This document shows, piece after piece, positions 41,201-53,200 of a stretch of 64,000 bases of DNA. Within the stretch, counting starts at the first letter, position 1. Each line of letters starts with the position of its first letter. The stretch is from Callorhinchus milii (taxonomy: Eukaryota): positions 103,728,001-103,792,000 of the forward strand of contig NW_024704742.1 of assembly GCF_018977255.1 (NCBI RefSeq). The letters run 5' to 3'. The notes beneath the pieces were generated by a model. The model did no database searches and was not told where the DNA came from. It saw only the letters and a list, made by a program, of their open reading frames with translations. A program made the position numbers and the translations under genes.

Positions 41201-44200
41201 GACACCTGACTGTTCAGCGCATTGGGACATCCTCCCGACGTGAAAGCCGCTCTATAAATGTAATTTTGTTGTTGTTGTTGTATGCTTGACTGGTTACAAG
41301 TGGATTTGATGGCAAATAAAACATCCAATGACTTTCTTGCTCCTGTGACTGAAATCATATTTAATCTGCATGTGATGCAGCCAATGATTTTCCTGTTTCT
41401 GATGTCATAAACAAGCTGCAGCCTTCTAATAACTCGTCCACAAAGCGACATCCAGTAAACTAACCGCAATGGGAATGGCAAGTGGCTTGAGTATTTGGGG
41501 TAAGTAAGTGATCGGAAACTGCTTCACATGGTGGATAATGACGAAGGTCATCTAAAAGAATCATTACATTAGAATATACAGCACAGAAACAGGCCATTCG
41601 GCCGAACTGGTCTTTGCCGGTGTTTATGCTCCACATGAGCCGCCTCCTGCCCTTCCTCAACTAAGCCTTCAAGCATAACCTTCTATTCTTTTCTCCCTCA
41701 TGTACCTATTTAGCTTTCCCTTAACTACATCTATGCTATTTGCCTCAACAACTCCTTGTGGTCGCATGTTCCACATTCCCACTACTCTCTGTGTGAAGAA
41801 ATTTCTTCTAACTTCCCTATTTGATTTATTTGTGACTATTTTGTATTGATGGCCCCTGGTTTTAGTCTTGAAATCATTTTTCTATTGTATCAAACTAGGT
41901 CAAAGGCAACAACTGATGAAAGATGCAGATTCATAAAGTTATGCACAGGGTAATGAGAATATATAGTTAGAACAGATTACCAGGAAGGATAGCTGATACC
42001 ATGTTATTAAGAAACAACTTGATGCTATATTTGGAAGAGGATAAGATTGGTATTCGAGGAGAATGAGATCCAGTTGACCAAAGTGACTTCATTTAAACCT
42101 CTTTCGCGATCTGAAGACTCTGGAGAAAGTGTGTTGCTGGGCTAGTATAACTGATGGAATATGTAAGGCAAATAGAAAGACTTAATTGCTCTGTCCAGCT
42201 AACAGAAGGTGGCATGACAGGAGGCGTGCACTATAGGACAATACTGTTACAATGAAATTGTCTGGTTCCATAAGATCAGACCCTCCACCTCCAGTTAAAA
42301 TGCAGCAGGAAAAGTGGCTTATTTTTGAGATATGAAGCAAGAGTCCAGTCATTGAGCCACCTGCTTGCTCTTTCATAACATTTCAGAATCGCCTGATATG
42401 GAAGTTCTACACAACGTGAAGCAGAACTGTTCTTAGCCCCTAGTAAAATCCTTGAGCACAGGTAATCTAAATCGAGTGACTCAGGCCTAATTCCTTTCCA
42501 ACTGGATACCACTGAGCAGAATTAACATGAGCTTTGAAGTCAATTTAGCCAGTAACAGCAATTCCACGATGTTACCAATGGAGGGGGCTACTATCCTTTG
42601 TATCACTTCTTCAGGACAGAAAAATCACTTTCATGTGCCTCGACAAATGCACAGCAGTATCATAGTGCAACATGGTTTCTTTTCAAAATTATAATGACAG
42701 CTTCTGAGCTTGGGAAAGTATAAGATCCAATTGAGTAGTCAACCACTCTCATATGTGCCAAGATAGATTAGAACACCAAAGCAGTGCATCACCAGGAAAC
42801 ATTGTAAACAACAACAAGATTACATTTGTATAGCATTCCAAAAGCAAATTTTCAAAATGCTTCTCCAAACATTAAAAATATATATCAATAAATTATGGCG
42901 GAAGAGGTTCAGATGATACAGTATTATTTGTAAAATCTTGAGAAGCAAAATTTTGAATTATTTTGCCTTGCAACTGTGTAATTGGCTGCCGTGTTTCGCC
43001 CACAAATATACTGTCAATTCACTTTACAGCATATTCTGTGAAGCGCTTTGAGAGGACAAGAAGACTTGAAAAGCACTATATCAAATGCAAGGATTATTAT
43101 TATTATTATATTTAACATTCAGGTACCCATTTATTTATGTTCAGGTACAAATGGATTTAAAGAAAATACTTCTGAGAAGCTAATAAACTTACCACTATTA
43201 CATGTGTCACAGCTGCTAAGGTACTGTCTCCAGCCATTAATGTTCGCAGTAGTACACCATTAGTACAGAATATCAGTGATGTCTTAGGAGAAACTCTAAA
43301 CAAAAAAAATCGTATTAGCATGGCTTGAATATCAAATGTACCTTTGTAGTAAGTGGATTTATTCATTTATACCTGCTCTCCAGTCGAATCTGATAACCAA
43401 TGGTCTGTCCAATCTTTTCGCCCCTCTCTGCAGCAACCCTTTCTGCCACAGCAATAGCAGCCAGTCGCCTTGGCTGAGTGCAAAATATACGGCAGGGTAT
43501 TCCATTCTTGTAGCAGTCATCCAAAAGAAATTGGGGGATCTGAAAATGCCAGGGTTAAATTAACAGATCTACTTTGATATTAGAAATAAACTCAAAACAA
43601 ATCTACATGCGCAAACTGCAGAACCATCAGATTGTGTGTTAATCACATTCTTATATGTATTTTTTCCATTTTGTAGATAAACTTTTGAACGTTAGCCCCA
43701 TTGTTGGCTGTAGCAAAATGAGCAAATAAGCAACCAAAGAGGGATACGGTACATGTTAAAAAAAATTGGTCAAACCCCATATGGAATGGGTGGAGTTCCC
43801 ATGATCTTATCACAAGAAGAATGTTTCTGCCCTTTAAAAAGTGAGTAATGAGTAACATTGGGTGCATGATCCTTTGTGCTGACAGGTATATACTGACTGG
43901 GTGCCAACGGATTATGTGACTGAAAAACGTACATGAAATAAACAACCACAGGAATAAAACTACTCAGAAATGAAGGGTTTTAATTATATTAACATTACAA
44001 TATAAAAAAATGAAATAAACGTTTTCAAGCCTTTAGCTATAAACAATCTATTCACTTCCCTGGCCTCTATACCTTTGGGATGCGGTTTACTATGTTTAAA
44101 ACTCTTCATGAACTTTTCTTTTTCTTCACAGCTTCTTTATTACATTCGGAAGGTGGAAGCAACTTTTTTTAACAAAATAAAATAATTTTCACAGCAAGTC

Positions 44201-47200
44201 TGGTAGATCAATTTTACTGCCAATCACATGATACAATCTAGAATATTGATTAATTCATATCATAGATGTGGTCTCATCAATCTCTAATTTGGAATTCCAG
44301 ATGAAAGTCCAGAATAGGGGCTGTGAATACCAATTAGTTTAAATCTCAGCTGGAGTGCCACAATTGGTCTTGGTACCCCTGGTGAGAAAGGTAAAATTAC
44401 TCATGGTTCCCACTGCTAAACGCTGTTCTGCTGGACATGAACAATAACTACTTGTATCCTCCTAGATGCCCATTTAAATGTTTTCCACCAGAATGAAAAG
44501 AAATAAAAATTCTTCAGTAGAAAAGGGAGAAAATTAGAGAAAATTTAGTAACTGGAGAAAATAAATTGGGAAGAAGCAAGAAACATAGTTATAAGGAGAA
44601 GTTGAATATAATACAGTAGAATCTAATTATAATGCAGTCCTCTGTGTCCAATAGGTCAGAAGCAACATTATAAACAAACCGCAAAGACTACCAAATTTCA
44701 GGCGATCAGATCGCGAATGATATCACTTCCTGCACTCTGCACAAGGGCACAATAAGCGCTACCAATGTCACTTCCTTCACAAACTTTCTGGGCACAGAAT
44801 GCATGTTCAATGTGCAGGATGAAACTTCAGCAACACTTTATGTGCTTATTGCACATCATTCAGGAAGTGATTTCAGGGGTAACCTTAAAGACTCAGAAAG
44901 CAGTATTTTTTTTAGCAAACTAGTCAACACTGGAAGACAGGTGAAATCCACTGAGCACAGATCCAGACAACACATGCGCAATAAGCGAGTCTGTACTATA
45001 TGGGGTCGTGGGGGGATGTATAATAACTATTTCCCCACTATGTTGAAGGCAAATTCAGTTTCATAAACAAACAGCATCCGCATAGAAAGAAAAAAAAATG
45101 AAAATACAGTAATTGCCGAACTGAACAATATGCTGAATGAAAATATGGCAGTGCACGGCAAACTGAATCATCTCTATGGTAAGACTCTTAGCGTTGCTAA
45201 AAAAAAAAATCCACCTCAGTCTAGTTTGAGTAGGATATGACAGATAATACTAATTCACTTTGAACGTAAAACAAATGCAGAATCAGTAATGAGAAAGCAA
45301 TCAGCCCCCTCCCTCCCTCTCTCTCCCTCCCTCCCTCCCTCCCTCCCTCTCTCCCCCCCCCCTTCCTCCCTCCCTCCCTCTCTCCCTCCCCCTTTTTTCA
45401 GTAATAGGAATCCATGACTTTAAATTTGGGAACTACAAACCCACATGAAGCACAACAATAGTGAGGTTTGCGGGACAAACAACTCGCGTTTTACACGATC
45501 GTCAGTCACGGCGGCTGTGATGTGACCGCATGACACGGCGCGCGCTGTTACTGCACCACATGGCCGCTTTGAGACCTGCACCAGCCATGGAGTTTGGACC
45601 TGAGTGAGTGAGTGAGTGAGTGAGTGAAGTTGCATTCAAAAAACCGCTTCTTCCCTCCTCGGCTCAAACCCCCGGGGGCTGATCGGAGCCCCGTGTTTGC
45701 GGGGAGAAACCTGCCCCTCGGCCCTGTTGGCAGTGCCCCCCCCCCCCCCCGGCCTGAGCCACGGGAGGGCTGTGAGATGTCAGAAGCCAACACCCTGCAG
45801 AAAGCCATTGAGATCGTGACTAAGGCCACGGAGGAGGACTATGCCCAGCACTACGAGGAGGCTTTGCGGCTGTACCTACACGCCGTCGAGTATTTCCTAC
45901 ATGTCATCAAGTACGAGGCTCCGGGCGGGAAAGCGAAGGACAGCATCCGCGTCAAATGCCAACAGTACATGGACCGCGCCGAGCAGCTCAAGGGCTACTT
46001 GAAACGCCGGGCCGGGCCGGGCCGGGCGGCGGGGAGAGAGGGGCCGCAGGCGGACGGCGGGAGCCACAGCGACGGCCACAGCGACAACGAGGAGAACTCG
46101 GAGAAGAAGAAGCTGCTGCAGCAGTTGGCGGACGTGATCCTGGTGGAGAAGCCCGACGTGCGGTGGGCCGATGTGGCGGGGCTGGAGTCGGCGAAGGAGG
46201 CGCTGAAAGAAGCTGCCATTTTACCCGTCAAGTTCCCTCACCTCTTCACGGGCAAGAGGACCCCTTGGCGTGGGATCCTGCTCTTTGGACCTTCCGGGAC
46301 CGGGAAGTCCTACCTGGCCAAGGCCGTGGCCACCGAGGCCAACAACTCCACCTTCTTCTCCGTCTCTTCGTCGGACCTCGTGTCCAAGTGGTTGGGGGAG
46401 AGCGAGAAGCTGGTGAAGAACTTGTTCGCGTTGGCGCGGCAGCACAAACCCTCCATCATATTTATCGACGAGGTGGACTCCCTGTGCGGATCCAGGAGCG
46501 AAAGGGAGAGCGAGTCTGCGAGGCGCATTAAGACGGAATTCCTGGTGCAGATGCAGGGCGTCGGGAACAGCAACGACGGCATCTTGGTTCTGGGGGCCAC
46601 AAACATCCCCTGGGTGTTGGATTCGGCTATTAGGAGGAGGTTTGAGAAGCGGATTTACATCGCATTGCCGGAAGAACTTGCCCGAATCCAAATGTTTAAG
46701 CTGAACATGGGAAGCACTGCTCACACGCTGACTCATCCGGACTTCCAAGAACTTGGGAGGAAAAGCGCTGGATATTCTGGGGCTGATATCACTATCATTG
46801 TACGTGAGGCTTTAATGGAGCCGGTCCGTAAGGTGCAAACCGCAACACATTTTAAACAGGTTTCTGGCCCATCCAGAACCAATCCTCATGACACAGTCCA
46901 TGATCTTCTAACCCCGTGTTCTCCCGGTGACCCAAATGCAATGGAGATGACGTGGATGGAAGTTCCCAGTGACAAACTTATAGAGCCGCCTGTTAAAATG
47001 TCTGACATGCTTTCTTCCCTATCGACCACAAGGCCCACTGTCAATGAAGAGGACCTTAAGAAATTAAAGAAATTCACAAAGGAGTTTGGTCAGGAAGGCT
47101 GAGGACCTGGCAAGGTTTATCACGATGGCTTGATGGGACTTCATTCAGCTGATTTCAAGTCATCTAACCAAACTAATACAGTCCCACAACCCAAACTGAG

Positions 47201-50200
47201 ACTGTCTGGAAATAGAGCAGACGTCCTCAAGATTCAATAAAGAAAGGCAGAATAGTAGAGTGCTGCTATTAGCTATGCTCATTATAAATAAAATCTGAAT
47301 TGTGTGCTTTGCTGAACATGTTTTTATTGTGATACCCATTAGCACAATCTTGCCAAACAGAGCAATTACAAGGGCAGAAATGTTACTGAATTAACTGGAA
47401 TTTTGCACAGGCTGTAAACTCCCAACAGGAGGTAAAATAAAGAATGGAATCAATCTGTTTCCATATTCCTATCAAGAGTTGCAGAGATTACGTGGTCGTC
47501 TTCTGCTTAATCAACAAATTAAATGAATGAAAATATTTTGATAATCGCAGGTTCACAATGAAAAGTGGTTTAACCACAATTGCACAGGGAAATTGAAACT
47601 TGGCACATGTTTGTTGCCCATGTGAATTTAAGAACAGCACTAATTTATCAAAACCAGTTAAAAAAAATATGCTTTTTTAAAAACGCGGCTGACATCACAC
47701 CAAAAAAAACCCAAAAGTACCATACAAACTTTATCTGAATATTTTCGTATAAACTATACAATAAAATTAGTAAATACAAATCAATAAATGTAATAAACCT
47801 AGAGTCACAAATACAGTGGAATCCACTTTAGCCGGATGTATCGGGGCAGGGAGTTTTGTCCGATTTACCTGGCATCCGCTAACCCAAGCGCTTACTTTTC
47901 ACTTCCCGCCATCTACTCTGCTGAGCGCCTCTTCCCTCCCGTTGCTGTTTACATTGGATGGGAAAGGGACCAATTAGCGTTGGTTCCAGAAGGTGTCAAC
48001 CACCTCGGAGCTGCCACTCGTCCCCGTCCACCAGATGAGGTCACTGCCCCCCACCTCCACCCCACCCATCCCCGAGCTGCTTGTGAATGGCTGTCAATCA
48101 CAATATGACTCCTCCCATTTCCATCCAGGTGCTGCTCATGGCTGAATGGAGCCGCGAGTGAAGACATTCAGCAGCGACCAGTGCGGCATTTTGCCCATAT
48201 TAACCGGATTTTCGCCTGAATTAACAGTCATATTCAAAACGGGTAAGAATACAAATGAATTGGGACCAGGCATTTCATCCAATTCACAGCAGGGTTTCAA
48301 GCAGATTCCACTAAAAATTCCAGTAAATCTCACATACGTCATATCAGTCAGGACCAAACATTTAATATGACTTACACAAAGTAAAAGCTTCAGGCAAACA
48401 TGCATAAATCGTATCATCCAGCCATTAAGTGTTCATGCAGCAACTGGCTAAAACTTATTTCTTGCGCTTGTTTAAAACGGAACACTGCTTATGCATACTT
48501 CAGTGCAGGCGGTAAGTCTGGTAGCTGCATTACGAGTTAGGAGATGATTTGCATTGGATGTAGGATTATTTGGGACCAAGAAACCTTTATGATTTAGCCA
48601 TTTATACACCTTATAAAATATAACTAGTGCAAAGAAATCCAAGCGTATTTTGGAAGGAACCTGAATGGGACTCGGGTGCATGTACAACTTAGGCAATTAC
48701 ACAATTCGTACAGAGACAATTTATGTGAGTTTTACTGTATACATTATTAATATAAGAGTAGAGATGGGTCAAACCTGTGTAGTTTTTCCAGATCCTGTTT
48801 CTCCAACTATTAAAACCACTCTGTTGTCTTTAATGATTTTTACTGTTTCATCTTGTTTTTCAAAGACGGGTAAAGACTGTCTAAAGGCATCCAATTCAGA
48901 TTCTCCTCGTTTGGGTGGAACTTGAGGAATGCCATTGTTGAGTCTACCACTTGTCCTATTCATTTCTCGGTTATTTTCTGTGGAATGCATAAAGCTTAAT
49001 CAAGGTACAAATTTGAAAGTCAACGCAATACCTATTTATGGCATATTTAACAGATGTGAAAATATGAAATAATTTATGTACTGAACCAGGAACATTGGTA
49101 CAACTAGCTATGACAAGTTTAAGCACAATTTCTCATCAGGAATTCAGACTCCAAACTCCAGCCTCCAGACTCATTAATGTAACCACATTTCTATGTTGAA
49201 AATAAGTCTTAAAAACAATCCATAAACAGCAAATAATAGTTATGTAGTAAAATCATTGCATTTTAATCCTAAGGCAAAACAGTGCATATTTTTGCCCCAA
49301 AGACAGCAACATTTAGTTCAGAAATGTAATATTATTTTTTATATTATTGTGTAAATTGCATGTCATTTTACATTTTACTTTTGCATAGCAGTTTGATTTG
49401 TGATAATTCTGCATCTGTTTGTAAACAGTACAATTTTGGACTAGACTATTGCACATAGTCAAAATGCAAGTTCGATACAGATCTTTTCATTTTTGGCTTG
49501 TGATGTGGAGGCATTAATTATTAAGATTTGTAATGATATTCATAAGCAATACATTTAAAAAATCAGAAATTCCAAGTCTTGATCCCATCTCATGCCTTAT
49601 TTGATTTTGGATTTGAGGACAACCCGCTGTAATGTGAGAAACATTTTGGAGGGATATTTCCACCATTAAAGATGTTTTAAAAAAGTACCAATATGTATTA
49701 AATCTACAAAAACTCAATACATTTTTTAAAAATGCCTACCTGGTTCAACAGTTAATGCATTCCCACGTTCAGTCTTAGGTAAAAGATCTGTGCGTTCCTT
49801 ATTGGTTACAGGAAACCTCTGAATTAGATTGTGTATGGCATGTTTCATACTGTGAGTTAAAGTGCAGGTCATGACAGTGTGGGCCATCTCAGAGCCATCT
49901 TTTTTCTTTATAGTGAGGAATCTATGTGCTCCTTTTCTGAAAAAAAAATCAGTGACTTTTCATTTCTTTGAAAATTTTACAAGACAAAAGGCTAGAGATA
50001 AAAGAGCAGTCTGGCTCAGTTTGTAGCACATCTATTAGAAGGTTGTGGGTTCAAGCTCTACGTTATGACTTGGAACTCACAGTCTAGCCTTGATACTCCA
50101 ATACAGTGCCGGAGGTGTCCTGCATCGTTTTAAGTACCACTAACCCAAGATCCCATCAGGCTGTTCAGGTGGACATTAAAGATCCTATAGTAGTACTACT

Positions 50201-53200
50201 CAAAACAAGAAGGAGAATCACGAGAATCCCTGTGTCTTGGCCAAGAATCCCCTAAATAAATTTGTTTGACAGCTGTGTGATATTAAGCTACCGCATTTTC
50301 TTACCGATACGGTAAAGCCTGTGAAGTGCTTTGAGACACCCTCCAAACTTGAAAAACACTAAGCTAAAGGCCATTATTATTATTAATAATGATAATAAAG
50401 ATTTTTTTATAAAGAAACTTTTAAAACAATTTCCAATCATTGCTCACAAATATTGAAAGTCACAAGTGTTCAAAAATTGTACTTCATGACTTTGAGCTGG
50501 CCATAGAGCAAAGAGGTTTCCTCCAGCCAATTTGTGAAGGCCCAGACCAGGCACTGAAGTGAATTTTTGGCAATGGGAGAAGTAGCTTCCGAGATAGAAA
50601 AATTGTTCTACTGAGCAAAGCAGATTCAAAGAAATGAAGGAAAATCACTTCTCCCAAACTATGTGTGCCTCAGCATTTGCACTAATGGAGAGAAAACTAA
50701 TGCACATAAACATCACCAGTTTGCAACTCACCCTTTGCTTTTCGAAATCAGGCCAAGGGACTGGGCAAGGCGATGAATAAAGGCTCTTTCCGTACTGGTG
50801 AGGGAAGATGGAAATTCCATTTCTAGGAAAAAGAAAATGGATGTTATCCCCAAAGATAATACTATCTTGAATGAATCTGATATAAATCAAATGTAGAATT
50901 ATGAGGCTTCACCTCAATTTACTTTCAAGTCATCAACCAACTTGGCAAATACCTAAACTAACCATAGGATTTGTACAATTTTCAATATACATCTTGTGAT
51001 CAATCCAGGTAGCTAATGTATGAAATTGGAAAAATAAAATGCTTTAACATCAAATGGAGCTTGAAAATAGTAAATTGTCCAACTTGAACTTGAATCAATA
51101 GAATCAGAATTGACTGGTGCACATAATCACAACATTCTTGTTTTCCTCGGTTGCCCAGTTTTCAACAAATAAATAGGGTAAAGTATTCAATAAAACCTTA
51201 ACTTAACAATTTGAACACATAAACATTTTCTGTCTCAGTCTTGAGCATCTTAGCTCTTAATACTCTAAAATAAATACACTCTAAAATAAATAGAATTGAA
51301 CCAGAATAAAGGGATGAATGGACACATACAGACAACGACCAGCAAAAGAAACAAAAAACACAATTCTGCCCCAGCAATATTAGGAATTATATAGTTTAAA
51401 AATAGACAATAGTTATTTCTTGGTAGGAATCTGCTCAGGATTCAAAGTTCTGGATGTCACTGCACAGATATCTCAAGTATAATAAGCGTTTCACAGGATA
51501 TATTGTAAAGTGGACTGACTATATTTTATAGGTGAAACTTAATGATGTACAAACACAGTTCCTCGTCACTGTCCAACTTTTTTGTGTTCCTTTCTTTGAA
51601 GTTTCTGAGCGATGTATCACATTGCAATTAACACACCGGGCAAAACAACCTACCCCAACAAAACTACGTTTCAATCTAGCAACAAGTAATAATTTTTCTT
51701 TGCTCCCTTTGGGAAGCAACTTGTCTTTTAATATCTAATCCTCTCAAACAACTTGGGCATGATCAGAAATCCTTCAAGGGAATCACAGTTCAAATTCATC
51801 TAAACCAATCTCCTTGTACTCTCACTCTTTGTAATCTCGTGTACTCTCACACACCAGGCTCCGCGACCCCATCACTCCCACACTCGCCCGACTCCACTGG
51901 CTCCCCATCCCCCAGAGGATTGAGTTCAAGATCCTCGTCCTCACCTTTAAGGCCATCCATGGCCTTGCCCCCTCCTACCTCTCTGACCTGCTGACTCCCT
52001 ACCAACCTGCCCGCTCCCTCCGCTCATCAGGCTCCAGCCTGCTCCATGATTCCTGCCCGACCCGCCCTACCATCGGTGGCCGGGCTTTCAGCCTCTCTGC
52101 CCCCACACTCTGGAACTCCATCCCACGGTCCCTTCGCTTCGCTTCCTCCTTTGCCTTCTTCAAGGCCGGACTCAAGACCTTTCTCTTCGATCGTGCCTTT
52201 GGTCTCCCTCCTACCTCTCTGCCTTCTCTCACCACGACACCACCCCTACCCCACGCTCGAGCCCCGACACCTGACTGTTCAGCGCTTTGGGACGTCCTCC
52301 CAACGTGAAAGGCACTCTATAAATGTAATTTTGTTGTTGTTGTTTGTTCTTTATATTTTTCAGCAATATTTACCGCTCTATAACAACAACAAAATTACAT
52401 TTGTATGGCGCCTTTCATGTTGAAAGGAAGTCCTAGTGAGTTGTATACTAATAGGAAATAATATTAGGAAAATGCATCCATGCCAGACAAAAGTTAAACT
52501 GGTATTAAAATTAGGGATAACTACAATTTTAACTTATTTCTCCACTAAGATGATTTTCAAAATAGCAGCCAAATCTTGTGGGAAAGATCAAAGTTGCCTC
52601 ACAATAAACCATGGCATACATCTATTAAAACATCTTTGCTTTCAATTGTGGTGAGTAAATGTACAAAATCTCACTTTATACGACTTCTAAACCAAATACA
52701 ACTATAGGTATAAGAACATAAGAATTAGGAGCAGGAGTAGGCCATTCGGCCCCTCGAGCCTGTGCCCCGCCATTCGATAAGATCATGGCTGATCTTCAGA
52801 CCTAACTCTAATTACCTGCCCTTTCCCCATATCCCTTAATCCCTCTATTTTTTAAAAATCTATCAGTCTCAGCCTTGAAGATGTTCAAGGACTGAGCATC
52901 TGCAGCCTTCTGGGGTAGTGAATTCCATAAATTCACTACCCTCTGAGTGAAGAAATGTTTCCTCAACTCTGTTCTAATTTTAAGACTGTGACCCCTGGTT
53001 ATAGATGCTCCTACCAGGGGAAACAGACCCTCAGTGTCTACTTTATCCAGCCCTTTAAGATTCTTATATGTTTCAATAATATCCCCCCCAATTCTTCTGT
53101 ACTGTAGAGAATATAGCCCTAGTTTATTCAGCCTATCCTCATAGGTCAGTCCCCTCATCCCAGGAACTAACCGAGTGAATCTACGCTGCACCCCCTCTAG

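Noticed and set aside
45624..45776. 51-aa N-terminal extension of the VPS4 ORF in the ORF track
   Set aside because: It starts at a GTG within a microsatellite and has no VPS4 homology; ATG 45777 matches the family N-terminus.
45956..46748. Overlapping 191-aa (+) and 175-aa (-) ORFs within the VPS4-like gene
   Set aside because: Expected shadow ORFs of GC3-rich coding sequence.
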